Of a stretch of DNA of 64,000 nucleotides, positions 56,336 to 64,000 are shown piece by piece. Source of the stretch: Spirochaetota bacterium (lineage in GTDB: Bacteria; Spirochaetota; UBA4802; UBA5550); the NCBI GenBank assembly GCA_016933025.1, contig JAFGBT010000039.1, positions 731 through 64,730 on the forward strand. Reading direction: 5' to 3'. Numbering within the stretch: the stretch's first letter is position 1; each line of letters begins with the position of its first letter. The translations under genes and the position numbers were made by a program. The notes beneath the pieces are model-generated. The model did not search any database, was not told the DNA's origin, and was given only the letters and a program-made list of their open reading frames with translations.

Positions 56336-57088
56336 TCACCGTGTATATCTTTTCAATAATTGCACAACCCGCACCTTTTTGGCCTTCTCAGCGTAATCAA
56401 GAGGAGTCATGCCTTTCTCGTCCTTGATGGTGATGTCCGCGCCGTTCTTGAGCAACAGCTCAATTATTCTGATATTGCCGACAAAAACGGCTCTGTGAAG
56501 CGGGGTCTGTTTTTCCTTGTTTTGAATATTTACGCTGGCTCCTTTTTGCAATAAATAGCTTGTTTCCTGAAAAAGTTCACCAGAGATTGTTTTAAAAATT
56601 GGAGTATCTCCATAATCAAAATCTACAGAATCAATACATACATCGAGATCTTCAATTACAAATCTGATTATATTAAATAACCTAGAATAAACAGCAGTAA
56701 ATAACAATTGGCTATCACAACTTCTATTAACGTAAACACCTTGACTAATCAAATATAAAATTATTTTTATATTACCATTATAAATAGCATCGCTTAAACA
56801 ATGTCTATTTTCATTTTCTGTATCAATCCTTGCTCCATTTATAATAAGCAATTTAACGATTTCAAGGCTGCTACTTTTTATAGCACCATTTAAAGGATAT
56901 TCGTCATGTGATAAAAATTGCTTTTTATAATTAACATCAACCCCTTGATTAATCAATAATAATACTCTTTGATACTCTCCTTTCATAGATGCCTGGTACA
57001 ACTGATCACCCAAATCTTCAACTATATTTGTTGTTGCACAACCAGACGAGAAAATCAATAATATTAAAAATATAATTATAATTCTCAT
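56336..57088 (-). CDS. Ankyrin-repeat lipoprotein. It is the probable cognate immunity protein of the upstream RHS toxin.
   Basis: Signal peptide with lipobox (LIFSSGCATT). At least 4-5 ANK repeats (…TPLHRAVFVGNIRIIELLLKNGADITIKDEKGMTPLDYA…). The start ATG overlaps the RHS stop as ATGA. GC content is very low compared with the rest of the window. Confidence 0.7.
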   Translation of the reverse strand: MRIIIIFLILLIFSSGCATTNIVEDLGDQLYQASMKGEYQRVLLLINQGVDVNYKKQFLSHDEYPLNGAIKSSSLEIVKLLIINGARIDTENENRHCLSDAIYNGNIKIILYLISQGVYVNRSCDSQLLFTAVYSRLFNIIRFVIEDLDVCIDSVDFDYGDTPIFKTISGELFQETSYLLQKGASVNIQNKEKQTPLHRAVFVGNIRIIELLLKNGADITIKDEKGMTPLDYAEKAKKVRVVQLLKRYTR

Positions 57089-60000
57089 TTATCTTTTGAC
57101 CTATTATATTCTTCTCTTACTTTACTTCTGTCATAAGGTTTTACACCCGGTATCAACTTACCATTAATATCATACATTTTCTGATTTTCAAATATCTGAT
57201 CTGGTAATGCTAAAAATGATTTACCAAGTTTAGCATTCTTGTCATCCTCATACGCCCAGGCGATAACCTCGGTACATACCATTTTATTATCGCCATCCTT
57301 AAACTTCCCTAAATTTCTCTTCCAGTTTTTACTATTGGTGAGCAAACTCCATGCGCCGCCGACCGCTCCAAGAAGCCCCTTCATGTCATATTCAAAATTG
57401 TCTTCTTTCATTGCCTTATCTAGCTTATTGATAGCATTCTTTCCTTCCTCTACCGTACCAACCCTGAAAAATCTATACTGGTCTATAGTTTCATATTTAT
57501 TATATTTCGTCCATTTTTCTTTTTTTGGATCCCATTCCATGCTTCCTTCCTTGCTAATAATCCTTTCCACGATTTTATCACCCTGGATATCAGTAACCAT
57601 CACTCCGACGACTTGGCCTTTATACTTAAACGACTGTTGCACCATTGCTGAATGGCCGAGCCTGCAACTGGTCTGCGAAAGTATCCTGTTTGATACTTCC
57701 GCGCCAAGCTTCGCTACAACACCCGCCTTTTCAGCCATTATCTGATCTTTAGGGCTTTCGGCCCGCATCATAAAATCCCCGATCCTCGCCTCCTCCATGC
57801 CTATCTCAACATGCCCGGTCGGGTCCTTGTACATTATCGGGTTGTTGGAGCAGTACGCGTACCGGTTCCAGGCCTGTGTGTTCGTCTCGCTCGATATAAC
57901 GGTGTCGGCCGTCACAAAACGCGCGATGTCCGGGTCGTAGTGGCGCGCGTTATAGAAGTAGTACCCGGTCTCCCGGTCCAGCTCCTGGCTGTTGTACTTG
58001 GGCGCGTGGCCCCGGTCGCCCTCGGTGATCCATGTCCCGCCGAAGGGGAGGTACTCGTTCTGCGACACGATCATCCCCGCATGGTCGAGCGTGACGGTGA
58101 CGCTGTCGACCTGGTCCGTCAGGTAGTGGAACGGCCTCCCGCCGGGAGCGACCGCGGCAATCCTCACGCCGTTCAGGTATATATGGCTGACCCGCATAGA
58201 GGACCCTGGTATTGGACGGCCGTCAATATCTTTTTGTGTCTCCAGGGTGAGGTACATGGAGGGCGATATCGTCTCCACGCTCCGGGCCTCGCTGCCGGCC
58301 GGCCTCGCGGAGACCTTGCGCACCCTGAACCCCTGTTCGTCGTAATCGTACCGGCCGAGCTCCTCGCCGGTGTCCGGGTCGGTCGCCAGGCGGATGCGGT
58401 TCAGGGAATCGTACGCCATCCGCTTTGCCATGTTTTTCTCCCGGTCGCGCTGGTATGTCATGTTCCCGGCCGCGTCGTATTCCATCTCGTAGCGTCCGGG
58501 GAGCCGCGCCGTGCCTATGGCGGTCGCTGCATGGTTGGCGTACGTGTACTCCCACCGGTCGTCGACCGCGCCGGTCTCACTATCATACACCGTCCTGGCC
58601 GTGAGATTGCCGCCGGGCGAATACTCATACCCGATTTCAAATTTCTTTGATATAACGGCGCCTGTATCCGGCGCTTCTGCAATCCCCGGATTTAAATCCG
58701 GGGATTGCAGAAGCGTTTTATTATAATCACCCCGCGCGTGCGCCAGCCGGTTCAGGCCGTCATACTCGTAATCGTAGCGAATGAGCCCCTCGCACGCCCC
58801 TTCGGCGTCGACGTTCGGGGCGTTTTCGATGGCGGCGATGCTGTCGTCCGGCCTGAATTCGTACGCGACGTCCTGCACCTTCCACTCCTCTCCATTGTGG
58901 CGCGCCACGGTCAGAAGGCGCTCAAGCCTCCCTCTGCGATCATACGTATAAGCGGTAACGGCATTGTTGCCGCGGCTCATTTCTATCATGCGCCCGAACT
59001 CGTTGTAGCGGACATTCTTCACGATATCCAGCGTCTCGCCGCCATTGTCGGCCGTGATTGATGTCACGCCCATGGCGCAGCGGCCGTACGAGACGGCCAT
59101 GCCTTTTCTCGCGTGCGGCTCTCGCGGGTATTCGATCAATATTTTTCTTCCTAAAAGATCATATTGATATCGAGTTATATATCTCCCCTCTCCCCGTGGG
59201 AGAGTGGTCGGGGGTGAGGGTTTCATAACTCGCGTCTCCTCCTTCACCCTCCCGATTTTATCATAGCAGAATTTCTTCGCCGACACCGGATCCTCGATGT
59301 ACGCCACCCTCCCGAGTGCGTTCGCGCATCCCCTGTACGAATCGTACACGTACCTGACCGTCCCTTCGTCTCCCGGAAGTCGCTTCACGGTCATCCGGCC
59401 CAGCCGGTCGTATTCAAAGGCCGTGACGCGGCCGAGTGCGTCGGTCACGGCGGCAGGCTCGCCGAAGGCGTTGTAATCGAGGCGCGCGTATCCGAGGTCC
59501 GGGTCGCTCGATTCCGTTACCCGGCCGAAGGCGTCGTAGCGCCATGCCGCCACGTTGCTGCCGGATGTGTCCTTCACGCCGGGCGCGAACAGCGACGCGT
59601 CCACTTCCCGTAGCGAGGGGCTTAAGCCCCTCGCTACGGGAAGATCAAATTTCTTCACCCTGTTGCCCGCGATATCATACACGAACCCGATCATCGCGCT
59701 CACAAACGCGCCGGCCCCTGAGCCTGTGCCGAGCGAAGCCGAGGCATCGCCGATGCCCGAATCCCCGGCATAGAGAACGAGCCCCCGTCCGTTCCTGACG
59801 ACCCGCTTGGACCTTTCGAGGCTGTTGGTTTCAATAACTTCCCATGGATCATGGTAGACAAACGACGTCGACGCCTCCGGCTCGCCGTCATACGCCGGGG
59901 GGAGGGTGATTTTTGACGGGCGTCCGGACCCGTCATACTCTGTCACGGTCGGGTTCTTCTCACGGAGGTGGGGGACGAACCGCCCGATCTCGTCATCGGC

Positions 60001-63000
60001 CGCCCAATCCGGCTGGCTGCGCCGCGTTACGCGGCCAACCCGGTCGTAGGTTACCATGCCCGTCTTGATGTACCGCCTCCCCGGCTCGCCGGTCGCGCTC
60101 CGCAGCGTGTGGAGCTTGCGGCCCATGCCGTCGGCGAACACGCGCGTTTCTATCATGCCCGGCCCCATGCCGAGGGCGCCCGAAGCGCCCGTGTACTGCC
60201 GCACTATGCCGCTCAGGGGGAACGCGTCCGAATAGGCGTACTCGTTCAGGGTCTCTGTCCCGGCATCGGTATCGGCCCGCTCGCGCGCCAGCCGGCCCAG
60301 TCCGTCGTACTCGAAATAGGCGCTGTTGCCGTTCGGGTCGGTCTTCTTCACCGGCGCGCCGAAAGCCGGCCCATACCCGATCTCATATACTGTGGAAAAA
60401 ATTACCGCGTCGCCAAGAGCCCGCTCCTCCACGACGAACTGACGGAGCTCCCCGTCGTAGGCCTTCTCCGCGATCCGTGCCGGGCTCCCGCTCGCGTTGG
60501 TCTCCCGCACCCTGTTGCCGCACCCGTCATAATAGTATTCAATTATTTTATCGGACACGGGAGCAAGCCCCGATCCGGTGTACGACACGAGCTCGCGAAC
60601 GACGTTTCCCCGTTCGTCGTACTCGTATGATACCGTTGTCTCATGGTCCGTGCCGGCGAGGTTCTTCCGGTACGCGGCCCTCATCTCGTTCGTGGCCTGG
60701 ATGTTTTCGAACCGGGTACTTGTCGATGCGGTCACCGGCGCGTGGGCCGCGTCCGAGTAGTGGTCGGTCACGCTCTCGGACGCGCCGGTCATCTCGTACT
60801 TCCCGGAAACAAGCTCGATGCTCGAGGTACGGGTCTCCACGAGTACGCCACGGGCGTACCTGCGCGTTTCAGTAGGCTCTACAAGATAACTGCACGCCGT
60901 CCCCCCCTCTCCCTGCGGGAGAGGGGCCGGAGGTGAGGGCTCGATTACCCGCACGGTGTAGTCATGTTCACTCCTTTCATACTCGACATGGTCAGACCCT
61001 ATCCGCCTCGTCTCCCTGACCGCGCCGCCAAGGGCCCGGTTCATCCTGAAGTCGTCGTACGGCATCGCATGATAGCGGCTCACGGTCTTCGCGCCGTACG
61101 CGTCCGTGACCGTAAACTCGCCGAAGCCGAAGCAGTCGCTCTCGCGGACGCCGTTCACAAAGGCCGAAAAGGAAGAGCCGTTTTTGTATCCGTACCGGGC
61201 GACCACGCTGCGGCCGAGGCCGTCGGCGACCTCCAGCCGCGAGCAGACGCGGTAGTTCATCGGGAGGTCCGGCACGCCGTCCCCGCCCGTGTTGTCAAAA
61301 CCGGACGAGTTGACGTACTCCATCGCGTACGATCCGCCGATACCGTTCTTCACGCCGGTAAGGAGGTCGGGCACGGCCCCCTGGGTCAGGGCGAAATACC
61401 AGCTCCGCTCTTTCAGGTGGAAAAAGCCGATATCGGTCTTGCCGTCGCCGTTGTAGTCGCCCTGGAGCCACGCGAAGGGATAGACCTTCCTCATTAAATC
61501 CGGACGGTCGAACACGATCCCGGGCGCCATCTCCTCCAGGCGGAAGCTCCCGTCATCCAGCACGACCCGCTTCGCGGCCGCACCGTCGAAGACGACCGGC
61601 CTCCCCTCATGGTCGAAGTCCCCGGTGAACGAAACCTGCTCCGCCATGACATAGTCCCGCGAGAACGACACGCGGCCGCCCTCTATCAGGAGCCGATGGA
61701 AGCATACCGGGCCGCCGTCCGCGGCGGCGTAGACGAATTCAGTCGAAGACCCGCGGGCGGCAGCGACGTGCCCCAGGAATCCTTCATTATAGAAGCGGGG
61801 GGCGCCCGATAGCGCTTCGAACGATACGCCGTCCCCGCCCGGCGTTATCCGTCCCCGGTACCAGCGGTGCGCCTCCGACGAGAAGTCGACCGCGAGCAGC
61901 GAGGCGCTCCCCTCGCCCCCGAACACGCAGGAGAGCACCCTGAGTCCCGCGCGGCTCCGCGCCTCCCGGAAAAATTCGGCATCGAGCGCGCCGGATACGG
62001 CCAGCCGCCGCGCGGCGCCATCCTTATCGAACAGGACGAAACCGGGCTCCTCAGATCGGTCGTCGAGCACCAGCAGGTATGAATCCGGGTCGTATTCCGC
62101 GAAGCGGCCGGCCCAGTAGAGGCTCATCCCGATGTCGAAATCGGACACCGCGCCGGAGTCAAACGCTGCGAAGGGCTCCTCGGAAAAGCCGGTCCCGGTG
62201 TGGCTGATCAGGAAAAAACGGTGCTCCGTACCGCCGATGACCGACCCCTCAGGCCGGTAGTAGAGGATGCCGTCCCTTCCGCGCCAGGGCCCCGGCCTCC
62301 CCCCGAACAGGACGCGGGCGCCGTCCGCCTCCATGCCCGGGACATCGAGAGCCGGAACCGGATCGGCGCTCCCCTCTTTCAGGTAAAACCGCCGCTCAGC
62401 CCGGTTGTATATGAGCAGCTCAGTCCCTTCGACTCCGCTCAGGGCAGGTTCTTCGGCGGAGCTTATCCCGAGTCCCTCGCCTGCGCTCGGGATAAACTCC
62501 GTCGAGGTGCTCTCCGGCGTGAACCGGCCGGCGAAGACCCGCTCGCCCCGGCCCTCGTGGCTGTTGCCGTCGTACCGGAACGCGACAACCGTCGTGACAC
62601 CATCGCCGGGCGCCACGGCCCTGCCGTCCGCCATCACGACCTCATCGCGCGGCAGGGGCGCGGCAAGGATGCGCGCCGGGTTGGGGCAGTCGCGCAGGTT
62701 CGTGTAGGCCCGGTAGCGGAAGCCGTCCGGCTCGGCCTCGCCGATCCAGAAGTTTCCGTCAGAGGCGGAGTAGAAGCCGATGTCGGTCCTGCCGTCTCCG
62801 TTGAAGTCACCCTGGAGCCAGCGCGTGACATCCCTGAACTTCGGCGCGCGCGAGAACTTTCGGAAGGATATGCGCCGGTCGCCGGTCTCGCCGATCCACC
62901 ATTCGCCGCTGTCCCGGTCGAACATGAGGAAATCGGAGAGGCCGTCTCCGTTGAAGTCACCGGAGAACCGGTCGTTCGCGAAGAGCGCCCGCTCCGGCGC

Positions 63001-63993
63001 GCTGAACCCGCCGTACCGGTACCAGTCCAGCGTGAAGCAGGCTGTCATGCCGAGCGTAGTCGAGGCATCGACACGCCGGTTCTCGCCCACCAGCCAGGCG
63101 CCGCTCCGGGAGTCGTAGAGAGAGACGTCGGTCCTGCCGTCGCCGTTGTAGTCGCCGCAGATGAAGTGCACGCGCTCCCGGTGCCGCCCCTGCGGGCCCG
63201 TGTCCGATGTCGCGTCCGAGTTCAGCGAGGAGTCGGGGTCATAATCGTCACGGAAGAGGTTTTTGAAATGCCGCGGCAGATCGATGAACTCGAACGAGCC
63301 GCCCCCGTTCTTCATGAAGGTCCAGCGGCCGGCCGGCTCGTGGAAGAGGAGAACGTCCGACAGGGCGTTGCCGTCGAAGTCGCCGGTGAACCATTCGCAC
63401 GCGGCCGGGTCGAGGCCCGCGCCGTATTTCCCGTAGACCCGGAAGTCGAAACAGATGCCGTTATGCTCCGCGACCCAGAGCTCCCGCGTCTCCGGAAGAT
63501 AGAAAGGGATGTCGCTCCGGCCGTCCCCGTTGTAGTCGCCGGTGGCGCCCCCCTTGAACCAGCAGATGCGGCCGCCGCCGTATCCACGGAAGCGCCTGCC
63601 GTAGATCTTCGCGGCATACCCGCCGCCGGCCCCCTCGACTCCGCTCGGGATGGCCTCTGCCGCCTTCCACTCGCCGGTCTCCGGGTTGAAAAAGGCCATG
63701 TCGGACAGGCCGTCGCCGTTGAAGTCTCCCTCGAAATACCGTACGTCGTCAGGTTCCTCCCCCGCATCGCCCGCAAATGGATTGGCCGCGTTTTGCCAGA
63801 GAAAATAGTGCTCGGCCTCCCGGTATTCGAACGCGGGCCGGGTGGAATGCCTGTCCGACCGGACCGTGTCGAGGAGCGGCCTGCGCGAGTCCGCCGACTC
63901 GCGAAAGACCGGCTCGTACCGCCAGAGCTCGCGCTCCCCCGATCGGGAGTCCCATCCGACGCAAACGGCTTCCAGGAGCCTGTCCATGCGCAT
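57085..63993 (-). CDS. RHS/YD-repeat polymorphic toxin. It has an N-terminal FG-GAP-like repeat region, a central YD-repeat shell, an RHS core ending …NPIMYKDPTGH, and a ~330-aa AT-rich C-terminal toxin domain. The N-terminus may run past the window edge.
   Basis: At least seven GD(F/Y)NGDG(R/L)(S/T)D…W repeats of FG-GAP type. More than twelve YD repeats (YEYDERGNV, YYYDGCGNR, YEYDGLGRL, FEYDRLGRM, YTYDRRGRL…). The core end reads ARHYDPDIARFVTADTV…NRYAYCSNNPIMYKDPTGH. The C-terminal domain matches no motif I know, but has candidate Cys/His residues (TSCRLGH, KMVCTEV). The frame is still open at position 64000. Confidence 0.85.
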   Translation of the reverse strand: MRMDRLLEAVCVGWDSRSGERELWRYEPVFRESADSRRPLLDTVRSDRHSTRPAFEYREAEHYFLWQNAANPFAGDAGEEPDDVRYFEGDFNGDGLSDMAFFNPETGEWKAAEAIPSGVEGAGGGYAAKIYGRRFRGYGGGRICWFKGGATGDYNGDGRSDIPFYLPETRELWVAEHNGICFDFRVYGKYGAGLDPAACEWFTGDFDGNALSDVLLFHEPAGRWTFMKNGGGSFEFIDLPRHFKNLFRDDYDPDSSLNSDATSDTGPQGRHRERVHFICGDYNGDGRTDVSLYDSRSGAWLVGENRRVDASTTLGMTACFTLDWYRYGGFSAPERALFANDRFSGDFNGDGLSDFLMFDRDSGEWWIGETGDRRISFRKFSRAPKFRDVTRWLQGDFNGDGRTDIGFYSASDGNFWIGEAEPDGFRYRAYTNLRDCPNPARILAAPLPRDEVVMADGRAVAPGDGVTTVVAFRYDGNSHEGRGERVFAGRFTPESTSTEFIPSAGEGLGISSAEEPALSGVEGTELLIYNRAERRFYLKEGSADPVPALDVPGMEADGARVLFGGRPGPWRGRDGILYYRPEGSVIGGTEHRFFLISHTGTGFSEEPFAAFDSGAVSDFDIGMSLYWAGRFAEYDPDSYLLVLDDRSEEPGFVLFDKDGAARRLAVSGALDAEFFREARSRAGLRVLSCVFGGEGSASLLAVDFSSEAHRWYRGRITPGGDGVSFEALSGAPRFYNEGFLGHVAAARGSSTEFVYAAADGGPVCFHRLLIEGGRVSFSRDYVMAEQVSFTGDFDHEGRPVVFDGAAAKRVVLDDGSFRLEEMAPGIVFDRPDLMRKVYPFAWLQGDYNGDGKTDIGFFHLKERSWYFALTQGAVPDLLTGVKNGIGGSYAMEYVNSSGFDNTGGDGVPDLPMNYRVCSRLEVADGLGRSVVARYGYKNGSSFSAFVNGVRESDCFGFGEFTVTDAYGAKTVSRYHAMPYDDFRMNRALGGAVRETRRIGSDHVEYERSEHDYTVRVIEPSPPAPLPQGEGGTACSYLVEPTETRRYARGVLVETRTSSIELVSGKYEMTGASESVTDHYSDAAHAPVTASTSTRFENIQATNEMRAAYRKNLAGTDHETTVSYEYDERGNVVRELVSYTGSGLAPVSDKIIEYYYDGCGNRVRETNASGSPARIAEKAYDGELRQFVVEERALGDAVIFSTVYEIGYGPAFGAPVKKTDPNGNSAYFEYDGLGRLARERADTDAGTETLNEYAYSDAFPLSGIVRQYTGASGALGMGPGMIETRVFADGMGRKLHTLRSATGEPGRRYIKTGMVTYDRVGRVTRRSQPDWAADDEIGRFVPHLREKNPTVTEYDGSGRPSKITLPPAYDGEPEASTSFVYHDPWEVIETNSLERSKRVVRNGRGLVLYAGDSGIGDASASLGTGSGAGAFVSAMIGFVYDIAGNRVKKFDLPVARGLSPSLREVDASLFAPGVKDTSGSNVAAWRYDAFGRVTESSDPDLGYARLDYNAFGEPAAVTDALGRVTAFEYDRLGRMTVKRLPGDEGTVRYVYDSYRGCANALGRVAYIEDPVSAKKFCYDKIGRVKEETRVMKPSPPTTLPRGEGRYITRYQYDLLGRKILIEYPREPHARKGMAVSYGRCAMGVTSITADNGGETLDIVKNVRYNEFGRMIEMSRGNNAVTAYTYDRRGRLERLLTVARHNGEEWKVQDVAYEFRPDDSIAAIENAPNVDAEGACEGLIRYDYEYDGLNRLAHARGDYNKTLLQSPDLNPGIAEAPDTGAVISKKFEIGYEYSPGGNLTARTVYDSETGAVDDRWEYTYANHAATAIGTARLPGRYEMEYDAAGNMTYQRDREKNMAKRMAYDSLNRIRLATDPDTGEELGRYDYDEQGFRVRKVSARPAGSEARSVETISPSMYLTLETQKDIDGRPIPGSSMRVSHIYLNGVRIAAVAPGGRPFHYLTDQVDSVTVTLDHAGMIVSQNEYLPFGGTWITEGDRGHAPKYNSQELDRETGYYFYNARHYDPDIARFVTADTVISSETNTQAWNRYAYCSNNPIMYKDPTGHVEIGMEEARIGDFMMRAESPKDQIMAEKAGVVAKLGAEVSNRILSQTSCRLGHSAMVQQSFKYKGQVVGVMVTDIQGDKIVERIISKEGSMEWDPKKEKWTKYNKYETIDQYRFFRVGTVEEGKNAINKLDKAMKEDNFEYDMKGLLGAVGGAWSLLTNSKNWKRNLGKFKDGDNKMVCTEVIAWAYEDDKNAKLGKSFLALPDQIFENQKMYDINGKLIPGVKPYDRSKVREEYNRSKDK
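59183..59232. repeat. GC-rich hairpin repeat element, copy A, in frame inside the RHS gene. It encodes KPSPPTTLPRGEGRY.
   Basis: tctcccctctccccgtgggagagtggtcgggggtgagggtttcataac. The stem is CCCCTCTCCCC/GGGAGAGTGG. It is ~85 % identical to the copy at 60901. Confidence 0.65.
60901..60950. repeat. GC-rich hairpin repeat element, copy B, in frame inside the RHS gene. It encodes EPSPPAPLPQGEGGT.
   Basis: ccccccctctccctgcgggagaggggccggaggtgagggctcgattaccc. The stem is a perfect 10 bp, CCCCTCTCCC-tgc-GGGAGAGGGG. Confidence 0.65.
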
Positions 63994-64000
63994 GATGAAC

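Noticed and set aside
57811-61497. Plus-strand ORFs of 170-280 aa opposite the RHS gene.
   Set aside because: Antisense frames within a continuous 6.9-kb RHS ORF. No motifs.

Overview
This 64-kb window comes from a GC-rich chromosome (roughly 58-60 % GC by eye) of a diderm, rod-shaped bacterium. The diderm call rests on many lipobox lipoproteins and predicted outer-membrane barrels; the rod shape on a complete mreB-mreC-mreD-mrdA(PBP2)-rodA elongasome operon. I found no rRNA, tRNA or CRISPR array by eye.

Core genes I can support:
- carB, present without an adjacent carA
- metY-cysK plus an Rrf2 regulator (sulfur assimilation)
- a lipoprotein-type MsrB-MsrA fusion
- eda, and a MalY/PatB-type C-S lyase
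- a short-chain dehydrogenase, a nitroreductase and a PlsC-like acyltransferase
- a BASS-family transporter and a CorA-family transporter with an N-terminal MgtE-N domain
- a B12-binding radical SAM enzyme
- an M28 peptidase and an M15 peptidase
- a histone-deacetylase-like / cyclase / Fe-S operon
- CheD-like and FlgM-like proteins
- a glycyl-radical enzyme (PFL2 type, GCVE active site) that carries an unusual N-terminal SCP2-like extension, with its activase next to it.

The accessory end of the window (55-64 kb) holds a 2302-aa RHS/YD-repeat polymorphic toxin. Its N-terminus is made of FG-GAP-like repeats. Its C-terminal tip is AT-rich and looks horizontally acquired. It overlaps by 4 bp with a lipoprotein ankyrin-repeat gene, the probable immunity protein.

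Two kinds of repeat stand out:
1. A ~50-bp GC-rich hairpin element (CCCCTCTCCC-tgc-GGGAGAGGGG-ccggRggtgaggg). It occurs twice in frame inside the RHS gene, where it encodes PSPP..LP.GEGG, and twice in intergenic DNA flanking rodA.
2. A 12-14-bp palindrome, CCGATAACTATCGG. It occurs seven times: as pairs upstream of carB and in the metY/msrBA divergent region, and inside three coding sequences. One of those genes encodes a ribbon-helix-helix-like protein.

Smaller oddities:
- two tandem paralogous outer-membrane barrel genes
- an E/R/K-rich lipoprotein with twin CX3C motifs
- a lipoprotein ending in a (TG)n tail encoded by a hexanucleotide repeat
- a frameshifted PNPOx-family pseudogene in an AT-rich island
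- small secreted Cys-rich proteins.

Every functional call is from reading motifs in the translated ORFs. I ran no database search.
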